Assembly (NCBI RefSeq): GCF_947568905.1
Contig: NC_079170.1
Coordinates: forward strand, 14,446,001-14,510,000
Source of the DNA: Ostrea edulis
Lineage: Eukaryota
Direction of reading: 5' to 3'
Length of the DNA stretch: 64,000 nt
The first letter of the stretch is position 1; every line of letters begins with the position of its first letter. Made by a program: the position numbers and the translations under genes. Under the pieces are notes generated by a model. The model saw nothing but the letters and a program-made list of their open reading frames with translations, was not told the DNA's origin and ran no database searches. This document shows, piece after piece, positions 1-11,841 of this stretch.

Positions 1-819
1 GTCAAATAAACAAACACTACATGAAGATACGGACTCAAAGTTCTAAGTCAAATAAACAAACACTACATGGAGAATCTTCCGGTAAAGTTAAGAGTTAAAT
101 CACACACACCATCCAAAGACAATTTGTTATCATATATGATCTTGACCTATTGATCTCAAAAGTAATATGCCATCCTTTTCTGATAAAGACCTGAATCAAG
201 GGAAAATATCATCTATACATATGATTTATTACCATGTGAACACTTGTCCTAAAATCCAAGATTTTCCATGTTAGTTTCAATGCTAATTAGCTCAGTTTGT
301 ACCTGAGATACCATCAAGATACCAATTTTCACCATTTGTAACTTGTACACCTTAAGGGTCATGGAAATCCTTATGTGGAGTTCCACTGCTAAGTCTGAAA
401 TAGTATTTGAGACATCATCCTGAAACTATTCATATCCATATGTGACCCAGTGACCTCAGATCTAAAACAAAAGGTCAAATACAGTTTTTAATTTAGCAAT
501 GAAACATCATATGAAAAGTCTCCAAGGACTCTTTATGGGAAGTTTCAATGCTAAATCACAAACAATATTTGAGATATTATTGAGAAACAATTTCCGTTCT
601 ATATCCCTTGAGGCACTCATACTTGTACTATAATTAAACAGTTGTAGATATTCTTGAAAACCCAGAGCCAGAAATGGCTCATATAGGAACTACTTCCATT
701 ATGAAAATCCACTCAATGATTTTTATGATTGACAAACATTATAAGAACCTACTCCTTCGTTAACATGACATCGCTCCAACAATCCTCACCTACTGGCCGT
801 CTTCCCCTAGTTTTCTTAC

Positions 820-1016
820 CCATGTTGTCGATATACTGCCATCCTTGCATTTGTCTGCAAGGGCCCGGGCACTGATGGTCACTTCTGCCAGCATGTTATT
901 GGGCTTTTCATTGATGATCATGTTGATAACTCTGCCATCATAAATATGAGCATCAAAACAAGTGTTCCACTCCGGGTATATCGTTCTCTTCTTCTGTACA
1001 TATTGAGGTTTCTGAC
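820..1016 (-). CDS. PRKCD: Novel PKC delta-like kinase, coding exon 2 (C2-like domain)
   Basis: Translates (G)QKPQYVQKKRTIYPEWNTCFDAHIYDGRVINMIINEKPNNMLAEVTISARALADKCKDGSISTTW, matching the nPKC delta/theta C2-like signature QKK.T.YPEW...FDAHIY.GRVI. Acceptor atttcAG|, donor TGG|GTAAGA. Phase 1 entry fits the exon at 6491-6614. Confidence 0.93.
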
Positions 1017-2344
1017 CTGAAATATTTACAGTCATTTAGTGGCATACACTGTGATTGGAACCCAAGAGGATCACGATTTTAAAACTGCTTCAAGCATAAT
1101 ATGGTTCTGTTGATTTGTTGTGAAGCATAACTGTAAAGACTTCACAGTCATATTTAAGTAATACTGTAGAATCGTTTAAATTCGTGGGGGACAATTTTCG
1201 TGGATTGCTGAATTTTTACGAGTTCGAGGGTACGTAATTTCGTGGATTTATTTATTTGTAAGAAAGATAACTCTGGAATGTCTTTATTCGTTGAGGATGT
1301 AAATTTGTGGGTGAGGGGTACCCACGAATTCCACGAAAATTGAGCCACCACGAATTCTAGTGATTCCACAGTATTCTTCAAAACAGCTAAATCATGGAAG
1401 AACTACACACGCAAATTTGTATCAGAAAAATTCAAAGTGACACACGTAATACAAAGAATGACAAAAACAACAAAAACAATATGTCCCCGATCTTCGATCT
1501 TTGGGCATAATAACATATAACAGATAAAGGTTTGTCCATAACACAAGAACAGCTCAGAGAACGTACAGGATGGAATAAGACCCATGAATGATCCCCATTT
1601 TTCGATCAAATTCATGTTAAAACCAGTAAAATGAAAATGATGCTTTAGTAGTAATGTATTGTCAAGAATGTGACTAATGCCACAGGATTGTCAAACAATT
1701 TGAACAATTAAATTATCCAAATTTTTTTTTTTAAATTTACTTACATTTTGCTTTGAAAAACAATTGAGCACGTTTGCCTACATACCATTTTTACATACGA
1801 AAGTAGCAGAGGACACTGGTGTACAACCTATGAAGATCGAAAGGTAAGCAAGTATGTGTTCTGTACTTTCAAAAGTAGTTAACAACTGCTTCCAATTTGT
1901 CAATTTTGGGGGGAAAAACAGGAAATTCAAAATTACCATTAACTTTGTGACCTTCCTGTGAACTTTGAATACCGTGATGATGTCGGATATATTTTAAAAC
2001 TGATAGTTATTTTGAAATAAACACAATCTGGTTTTATACAGTTTTATAATGATCTACTGATTTGTCCACACCGACTTCTAAAAATGGGGATCATATAAAC
2101 GTCCCACTTTCTCCTTTTGGTTATAAAATTAAACTGACCGATTTTACTTTACCTTATCATTACAATGTCACCTGAGAGAGATTCTTGTCTCTGAAAAACA
2201 TTTCAGATTTATGGATTGCTAAATGCATCATGGTAATGAATCGCACTATATTTTTGATAAAACATTGAGCTATCTATAGCCAGAATTTGAACAATTTCCA
2301 TTGTCCCCTTTCTCAGTTTTTAGGCTGTTTCAGTTCTCATGATC

Positions 2345-2940
2345 ACAGAAATGAGTATATGGCTGCAGTTAAGGCTTAACGCATGGCCTGGACTCGTTCT
2401 GATGAACACAGTATATATATGGCTGCAGTTAAGCGTGGCCTGGACTCGTTCTGTCATGAACACAGTATATATATGGCTGCAGTTAAGCGTGGCCTGGACT
2501 CGTTCTGATGAACACAGTATATATATGGCTGCAGTTAAGCGTGGCCTGGACTCGTTCTGATGAACAGAGGTGAGTATATGGCTGTGCAGTTAAGCGTGGC
2601 CTGGATTCGTTCTGATGAACACAGTATATATATGGCTGCAGTTAAGCGTGGCCTGGACTCGTTCTGATGAACACAGTATATATATGGCTGCAGTTAAGCG
2701 TGGCCTGGACTCGTTCTGATGAACAGAGGTGAGTATATGGCTGTGCAGTTAAGCGTGGCCTGGATTCGTTCTGATGAACACAGTATATATATGGCTGCAG
2801 TTAAGCGTGGCCTGGACTCGTTCTGATGAACAGAGGTGAGTATATGGCTGTGCAGTTAAGCGTGGCCTGGATTCGTTCTGATGAACACAGTATATATATG
2901 GCTGCAGTTAAGCGTGGCCTGGACTCGTTCTGATGAACAC
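2345..2940. repeat. 52-54 bp minisatellite, about 11 copies
   Basis: Unit atggctgcagttaagcgtggcctggactcgttctgatgaacacagtatatat, with recurrent variant units. Confidence 0.95.
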
Positions 2941-4326
2941 TGAGGAGAACGCGACTACACTGCTTTCCTGTGACACAGGCGAATGTTTGATGAATAATTA
3001 CTGATCACACATAGCAAACCCGGGGAATATTCACTAAGCTGTTATTTTAACACCATGAAAGGCCATATATATTGCATTGTGTGTCAATTTATATTGATAT
3101 CTTCACTGAAAGGGGGCTTTATGTTAAAATTTTTAAAAGTAGATTTGATTTTAATCAATGTGACTTCCTTTGCTGCCCAAGTTGAAGAGATGTTTTACAT
3201 ATTAAGATATCTAAGGGGTAGTAATGAAACGATTGTCGCCGACAATCGATTGTCGATCTTTTTTGGCTGTTCGATTCCAATTATCGATTCTATTTTTCAT
3301 AATCGATTGTCGCCTGCATGTACACCAATTAGTATCTAATTTGAGATTCATCTGACTGTTAATCCCGCTTTTATATCCAATTCAAGACATACGAAGGGGA
3401 GAGTCAGGGTGGACTCCATATTGAAGAGTGGGAATTCAGTGACACCAGCTAGTGTGTATGCTGCACATATCCATAAAACTAAATAGAAAAAAAAACCAAA
3501 ATAAGAAACATTTATTACCTACATGTAAATACCGATTACTATATTGATCATTGATCGATACAGTTCTTCCGATTATGACTGATTATCGATTATGAAATTT
3601 TCCCGATTTTTAAACACTCTGCAGTATGATAGAGATATTTTTTCTAGGTTCCATTGTGTTCACTGATCTTACATATAAGTTCACACAATGACATAAGGCA
3701 GTCTTGGAATCAGCACATATATAAAAACTTGGTCGTTGTCGCAATTCCACAGTGATACTAACTTACCACATGATGGCTAAAAGGTATATTTGGTAGCACT
3801 TAAATTTACACCTTGGCTTGGATTGGCTGCACTTTTTAAATTTTTGTAATCATTACATAAAATTATTGTTATATATACAATCCCCACAAATTATGAATGA
3901 CCTTGAATATTTTGGTGGATGGCATCTAACCAATGCCCACTTCATGATTACAATATTATTTTGTGGTTTCAATATTTCCATTCTATTCTACAAAATTGAA
4001 CAAAATTATAAAACAGTGTTTTCTATTTACCAAATGATACATTGCAAAATTGTGTTTCTGTATTTTACAATTACCACTGCACAGGCGGAAAAGATTATCA
4101 CAATAAAGACACCAATGCTCAGGATGTTAAAGTGATATCACCATTCCATTCAGTAGGTTTAGATTTCTTTGAATAATTCATGAGTGTAGTATAGTATGTT
4201 TACAAAATGGCAAGCAGATCACATAGAGAATCACTACCACCAAATAAACCAGCAAATAAACGAAACAGAAGAAGTCTAGGTTCCACGTTAACAATGATAC
4301 AAATAGTAACCTACTGAGGAATAGAC

Positions 4327-4740
4327 TGCTCAGGTAACTTATATAGGTTTACACTGTTCATAATAATAATCTATACAGGCTTAGGTGTTCAGGTAACTTA
4401 TATAGGTTTACACTGTTCATAATAATAACCTATACAGGCTTAGGTGTTCAGGTAACTTATATAGGTTTACACTGTTCATAATAATAACCTATACAGGCTT
4501 AGGTGTTCAGGTAACTTATATAGGTTTACACTGTTCATAATAATAACCTATACAGGCTTAGGTGTTCAGGTAACTTATATAGGTTTACACTGTTCATAAT
4601 AATAACCTATACAGGCTTAGGTGTTCAGGTAACTTATATAGGTTTACATTGTTCATAATAATAACCTATACAGGCTTAGGTGTTCAGGTAACTTATATAG
4701 GTTTACACTGTTCATAATAATAACCTATACAGGCTTAGGT
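4327..4740. repeat. 59-bp tandem repeat, 7 copies
   Basis: Unit gttcaggtaacttatataggtttacactgttcataataataacctatacaggcttaggt, nearly identical copies. Confidence 0.95.
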
Positions 4741-5290
4741 GTTCAGGTAACCTATTAAGGATTAAACTGTTCAGGTAACCTACAGAGGATTAAACTGTTC
4801 AGGTAATCTACAGAGGATTAAACTGTTCAGGTAACCTACAGAGGATTAAACTGTTCAGGTAATCTACAGAGGATTAAGCTGTTCAGGTAATCTACAGAGA
4901 ATTAAACTGTTCAGGTAACCTACAGAGGATTAGACTGTTCAGGTAATTTACCAAGGATTAAACTGTTCAGGTAACCTACAGAGGATTAGACTGTTCAGGT
5001 AATCTACAGAGGATTAAACTGTTCAGGTAAACTACTGAGGATTAGACTGTTCAGGTAATCTACAGAGGATTAAACTGTTCAGGTAACATACAGAGGATTA
5101 AACTGTTCAGGTAATCTAAGAGGATTAAACTGTTCAGGTAACATACAGAGGATTAAACTGTTCAGGTAACCTACAGAGGATTAGACTGTTCAGGTAACCT
5201 ACAGAGGATTAAACTGTTCAGGTAACCTACAGAGGATTAAACTGTTTAGGTAACCTACAGAGAATTAAACTGTTCAGATAACCTACTGAA
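4741..5290. repeat. 28-bp tandem repeat, about 19 copies
   Basis: Unit gttcaggtaacctacagaggattaaact, directly abutting the 59-bp array. Confidence 0.95.
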
Positions 5291-6490
5291 GATAAGCTGC
5301 TAAGTTAAGTTCAAATTGTTCAGGAGAGCTTACAAGGAAGTAAAAGTAGTTTGGAAAAATATATAATGAAAGGTGTTATCCGTTAGGACTTGCTAGATAT
5401 GCACTCTACTTAAAACAAAAAAGGCAGAAAATTATCAATCTCTGCAAATCAATGGCATAGGTTTTATGGTTTCCATAAAATAATTCCCAAAGGGCAGAAC
5501 TCCATTAAATAACAATTAAACAAACACAGTATATTACCCGACTGCACGTATGTTACACAGCCTCAGCAAATATTTAGAAAGCTTTTCCTCATGCTGACAT
5601 TTCCATCTGGATAATCATAATTCCTTTCAAGGAAGAGGATGGTACAGAGTCTTTAATTGGGATTTTGTAAAATTCCTAGCCATTTATAAAGTACTTAATA
5701 TATCTTGTTTATATTTCATATGAACATACTATTTATCTTTCATGGAGTAAGGCAACTATTTTCTATCAGCATCAATCTGACTTATTAGCTTTTTTCCCCT
5801 TATATAACTGGTACCAATAAACGGTACATTCCAAATGCCAAAAAACGTTGAACTTTCCCAATTTTGAGATCTTTAAAATTCCCAATTCACTTGCCGAAAA
5901 ATAGACCGCTGACATCATAATTTACTTAGTCTGAAATTTTGTACGAGTTAACTAAAATGTTCACTTCTGGTATTAAATCAAAAGTAAAAATCATGGCAGT
6001 GCACATGTTGTAGAGCTATGACAATTCTAGAACAAGCCTACGGCGATTCCTAATAGTTGAAATCATTTGCCGATACATTGGTAGAAAATTTGCAATATGT
6101 TTGATTTTGACGATATTTTTCCCAATTCAATGGGTACCGGTACCAGTACTAGTGGGTAGGGGAAAAAAACCTGTAATAATTTCAGTGCAATAGAGCCATC
6201 CTTAGGAGGTTTTATTATATCTAAATAATTTTTTAAATCCTTTTTTCTTTCAGTAACCATCATAAACTAATGCATGGGTAACATAAAAAGAAACATCCTC
6301 GACATTTTTGACAACTCCTCGCCTTATCTTTCCGCTAATTAAGTCTCTGAAATCTAGAAATATATACTTTCGATATCTGGTATCCACAATGTTGTTAGGG
6401 ATCCATATTTCTTCACACATTACTGGAGAGTTGACTCTCAAAATCTGTTGTCCACAATATTGTTAGGGATCCATATTTCCTCACACATAC

Positions 6491-6614
6491 CTGGAGAGTT
6501 AACTGTTTCCTTGACGTTGACAGCAACAAAGGGGTCAAACGGTTCCGACGTGGTGGCGTTCTGGCCTTTATCCACCTGCAGTAACTTGACCCGGATAAAC
6601 CCAACCCCCGGCAT
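6491..6614 (-). CDS. PRKCD: Novel PKC delta-like kinase, first coding exon
   Basis: gcaccATG then MPGVGFIRVKLLQVDKGQNATTSEPFDPFVAVNVKETVNSP, similar to the PKC delta N-terminus (F.R.....PF.AV..KE). Donor CAG|GTATGT. Acceptor tttcttgtAG| at 6660 with an in-frame UTR stop. 124 nt (phase 1) joins in frame to exon 1016-820. Not in the ORF track. Confidence 0.88.
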
Positions 6615-7952
6615 GGTGCTCTTATAATACTCTCAGTACTGTGATTATTTACTTTCCACCTACAAGAAAGAAAAAAACTAGTAAGGCACGTTGATTGGTC
6701 TCATTCATTTTGGTCATATTCCCATACAAATACTGGGGAGGGGGGAGGCTTAAGTTATGAACATTTGTACACCCACTTTGTAACTTAGCACAATTAACTT
6801 TCGGTATCAAACTAAAGAGTGTTCAGAGAACAAATTCACCTGCAAAGGTATCGTAAGTCAAAACTTTCTCCGTATTTTTAAATGGAGGCTTTCATTTATA
6901 CAAGTTCTCCTGGTCAGTCCTCCTGGATTTCTTTACTATTTTTCAGTTGCCACTATCGGTGGTGACCAACACATGCACAAATGGCCTCCTAGTCAACAGT
7001 AATAGACTGAAGGCCTGACAGCCTCCATCTAAAAATTGCGTATCAAGTAACCTTCATACAAGGAACAATTTTACCAATCAAAATTGAAGTCCTTTTTCTT
7101 ACAGTTTCAATTTTCTACTACTGACAGATGGACAGATAGAAGACAAAGTAAAGAGGTGACACAAAAAATAATCATGTCCAACAGGAATGTTTGACAATAG
7201 TTAAATGGAAGAATTGAATCTCTGACTTTAGTACCAGCTAAAGCAAAACCACTAGTGGAGCTGATGAATTAATTTCAGACTATAGAGACCTAACAAGTTA
7301 CAATCATTATCTGATTATGTGAACCAATAGTAAATTCACAGAGGTAAAACTATATACAGAATTTGTAACTTATTAATAATTGCATGGGTGTTCTATTTCC
7401 AAGCAATTTTTCCGTAACTTTAGAGTTTCATTGAATATAGCAGGAAGATTGCCTTGAAATTGGGCACCCAAAGTATAAGTTAGTGAATTCAGATAAACAT
7501 AATCACATTTCAAACAAGCTGGTCAAGTTTCTTTTTAATGGCAGACCATTGGACAAAGAAGATAAGGCTATCTAAAAATAAATGTCAATGGTCACCAATC
7601 GATTGTCAACTCCCTATCTTAGATCATGAAGAAGATGAGGAAGAACAAAGACTTTCATGCCATATACTAAACCTAACAAATTATAATCATTTGATGGCTG
7701 ACCAGTTAATTCAGCATTGTTAATCCAAAAGGGAATTCTGGCAGTTACCAAAATTACTGAGTTGCTTGACAATACATGCAGCACTATATAATAGTCTCTG
7801 CAATGGAAATATACTTTCTATAATTCATCTGCAGTCAATATAAACTCATTTTTGTTTTCTTAGATATTCTAATATGTCGACCCAATGATTCATCTCTGCA
7901 CCCAGCTCCAATGAGCGACTTTCTCTTTGTATAAAATTTTAATCTTCATCAC

Positions 7953-8187
7953 AAATTTCAACCATTCAAGATAGACACTTCACACTGAGTGAACAGAAAA
8001 ATTCAAGGTCAAAGTTATATATATATATATGGTACTCTTTAAGGTCAATGTCATTCATTGTTAAGGTCAAATTTCAACCATTCAAGATAGACACTTCACA
8101 CTGAGTGAACAGAAAAATTCAAGGTCAAAGTTATATATATATATATGGTACTCTTTAAGGTCAATGTCATTCATTGTTAAGGTCAAA
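7953..8187. repeat. Direct tandem duplication, about 116-bp unit, 2 copies
   Basis: aaatttcaaccattcaagatagacacttcacactgagtg...tcattgttaaggtcaaat occurs twice back to back, differing in (TA)n length. Confidence 0.9.
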
Positions 8188-9614
8188 TGTCAATCATTAA
8201 GATTATGAGGTCAAATAATTTGCTACAGTTTTTAAAACACATCTTAATTCTTATCTGCATGACTATACTTAGAAATTCATTAAAATGTATCATAAAAATA
8301 TCATGTGACCCTTTTAAAATACTAAACTAGCATCTAGCTCTGTCTGTTTCACACATTTAAACTTCAAATAACATTTAAACTTCTTCTATAACCAAAATGA
8401 AAGCAACTTACAATTGCACCTGACTTCCATGCAATGACAAGTTTTACCTGGTGTTAAGATGATAGTGTTACTTCACACACCAGCTACACTGATACTATAT
8501 AAACAACTAACAGCACAGAGGGCTCAATTTGACTATCATATGTGTAGCGCAGCACGACTACAACCAGTGTAAATCGGGGTACTCACAGGTACATATATCC
8601 ACATGGATCAAAATCTACACAGGTAATTCGATCTCCCAATCCAGGAAGTAAAACGAATAAGAACATGGAAGATATATACATATATCGCATGATAAATCTA
8701 GGTGGAATAAAAGTGTGGGCATGACTAAAGATCTTATCGCTAAAAATTAAAACAATCGTCAGGAAAATACTCTCCTGATGTGATACTGGACTAACATAAT
8801 AATCCATACAGGAAACAGGACACTTAGTACATAATATCTGTGTGTGTTGTACAATTCAATATGACTACAAATAAAACAGACAGGTGGTATTGGATGGTTT
8901 AGATACCAGATAACCATGCAGGGGATAAATTACACCTACAATTGTAAATTCAAAGTATCTATGAAAACATTCAACATTTACTCAAACAGAGAATTATAAA
9001 TACAAATGTACACGAAATCTATGACATTCACAAATGTGCATCCATCAAATTGAAATAGCTGTCTGGCCGGCTACAACTTTCAATGACATGCAATCAAATT
9101 TGTTTTTATTTGAGGTAAAATGATTATAAACAACCTGATCTCTACTATACAAATATCATTTTACATGCAACATGCATATGTTTACAGAAAAGATCAAACT
9201 CAAATCATTGCACCGATCAAGTTATGCATGTATAAACTATTTTATCCCGCGCTTCAGACAAATTTGTAGATAATTGATTGGATAAAAACTAATCACATGA
9301 TGCCTTGAAATTTTTTATATGATAATAACGTCTCGGTATGGAGGGTGTGTTAGTTCGGTACGGAGGGTGTGTTAATTAGTTCGGTACGGAAGGTGTATTA
9401 GTTCGGTACGGAGGGTGTATTAGTTCAACAACTGTGACGTCACTAACGAATCATATGATGCCCCAAAATTCCAATACACCTGGACATCTTCATGCAAGGG
9501 TATATACATGCAGGTCTGCATGCTACTGTTTCAGGGTATGTCTGTTGTCTGCATTCAGTTTCAACATACATGATTTGTTTATTCAATGTTATTGTTCATA
9601 CTTTTAACTGTGAT

Positions 9615-9867
9615 TGATTGATTGATTGAATATTGTTTACTGTCCCTTTCGAGAATATTTCACTCATATGGAGATGTCACCACTGTCGATGAAGGGCTGC
9701 AAAATTTAGGCTAGCTATGCTCAGCGCTTATGGCCATTGAGCAGAGAGGGATCTTTATCACGGGACCTCGGTTTTTGCGGTCTCATATGAAGGACCGCCC
9801 AAATTAGTAGCTCTTACAACAAGCTGGGGATACTGAGGACCTGTTGTAACCCGGATCCCCATGGGAA
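9615..9867 (-). mobile_element. SINE-like retroposon with (CAAT)n tail and 12-bp TSD
   Basis: The minus strand ends in ...aaacaatattcaatcaatcaatca. Central AAACCGAGGTCCCG..GATAAAGATCCC resembles the conserved Meta/Deu-type SINE domain (recalled, not searched). Flanked by the direct repeat tttaactgtgat at 9603-9614 and 9868-9879. Confidence 0.75.
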
Positions 9868-10025
9868 TTTAACTGTGATGTTTTCATACTGTGACTATAT
9901 GATTTTTCACTGTAATACATGTAATATGAAATTGAACTTCATACTTGAATAATATTTATCAAAGATGTTACTAAAATCTTAATAAATTTTCTAAACTTGG
10001 TCTCCGATCATCGGAATAAAATCGT

Positions 10026-10179
10026 TAATTAACACAGTCGGTTTGGGACACAATACGGCGTCATCCAGGGTGTGAAATGGAAATCCGTATTGGAACGCGG
10101 CTTTGCCTCACCCAATATGGATTTTCATTTTACACTCTTGATGACTCCGTATTACGTCCCAAACGGACTGTGTAACTAA
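10026..10179. mobile_element. Palindromic MITE-like element
   Basis: Left arm acacagtcggtttgggac..atacgg.gtcatc...gtgtgaaatggaaatccgtattgg pairs imperfectly with right arm ccaatatggattttcattttacac..gatgactccgtatt..gtcccaaacggactgtgt. Confidence 0.7.
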
Positions 10180-10977
10180 TAATATCCAGTGTACCAATGC
10201 ACCCACTCGTCTGATGGTCTTATGATTACTGGACTCGGGTAAAAACTATTTTTCCTCTCTATAGTCCATAAATAAACATTGCTGATTACAAAAAAGAAAC
10301 TAATAAGTGCACAACTGTGATCTCATCATCTCTAAGCTCCAATGTCAAGACGAATACGGGAAAGATTTAAATAAAAACCCACCATGGGCTTCTTCCTCAG
10401 TAATGAACAACTTGTGATTTATTTTCACCAGTAATGAACTATGCCCTTCCAATAATGATATTGAGAATTAATCATACCACCAAAATACGTCAACAAGTCA
10501 ACAACTGCTCAGTAAGGATATGAATTTTCTCATGGAATTAATATTTCAAAGTAACGTCTATGTAGGCTCTTAAAGACATGAAGAATATATTGCATCTCTG
10601 AAATGAATATTGCATCTCTCACATATGATGTTACCATGACAACAGAGAAAGAGAAAAATGTCTAATCAAAAAAAGAGTTAGGTTGCCACATTTCAATTAA
10701 AACTCACAAATGGCATCAAAATATATAACTGTGAATATAACAGATCTCGATCTCCCTCAAAATTAAGTGGGTGGTTTTTTTTTTATTCTTGACAGAAAAA
10801 TAAAATATACAACTCCCAGCTTCCTTGATGATCGTTTCATCCTGTAACTCCACCACGCTTGCTGAATAATCTTTCACTTCGAGGTGCTAATTATCTGATT
10901 ATACATGTAGTCCATAGAGTAATAACATCAATTATGTGTTACGAAAAATTAAAATGTTTTATTGCATGCTCAAGCGG

Positions 10978-10980
<3 letters not shown>

Positions 10981-11031
<51 letters not shown>
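10981..11031. repeat. (TC)n microsatellite
   Basis: Pure TC run. Confidence 0.97.
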
Positions 11032-11034
<3 letters not shown>

Positions 11035-11550
11035 GTGTCTTTCACTTTAGTATTCTATCAAGTTTAATATTCCTTACAAAACCTGCTATAAATATGTTAA
11101 AACAGTCTGAAAACTCTCTGCCTTAAAACAACATAGATCTGCTGAAAGAAATAGGTGTGTTAAAAGACTACTAAAATGCCTGCTGTACAGACACACCCCT
11201 CCAATCACTATTCCTCTGGGATCCACCAAATAGAATCGTAACCTGCAGACCTTGTATCACTGGTTGCAACTACACACTTCAGATTTAGCACTCTATACAG
11301 ATCTGTAAACTTTGCATATAAACGCCCCTCGCAATAATTTCTGTGTCCTCCGCTGAATACCCTACATTGCCTGTGTTAATACTTCTCCCTGTCTTGTCTG
11401 CGGAGATGACACACAAAGTGGATGTATGAATATATACACAACACAATATCATACTAATTAGTGTACAATATGAGGACAAACTACAACTTCCTGGAAAAAC
11501 GTCTACTAGCTGTTTGCTTGAAAACTTGGTATACACATCAGTCAGACACT

Positions 11551-11841
11551 GTAGGTATATAACACTCAATGCCTTCTGAAATCACTACTAGGTATATAAC
11601 ACTCAATGCCTTCTGAAATCACTACTATATAGGTATATAACATGCACACAATACCTTCTGAAATCACTACTATATAGGTATATAACACACAATGCCTTCT
11701 GAACTCACTACTATATAGGTATATAACACACAATGCCTTCTGAAATCACTACTATATAGGTAATATATATATATAACACACAATGCCTTCTGAAATCACT
11801 ACTATATAGGTATATAACACTCAATGCCTTCTGAAATCACT
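11551..11841. repeat. 37-41 bp minisatellite, about 7 copies
   Basis: Unit (ta)taggtatataacacacaatgccttctgaaatcactac. Confidence 0.92.

Noticed and set aside
2345-2940. CTGATGA in every minisatellite unit, suggesting a hammerhead satellite; also CRISPR-like periodicity
   Set aside because: No GAAA half-core or stems, no unique spacers, no cas genes, and a eukaryotic context.
8583-8807. 74-aa minus-strand ORF ending at a GTGAGT donor-like site, possible alternative PKC N-terminus
   Set aside because: Splicing to 6659 would be out of frame with the PKC ATG, and no recognisable homology.
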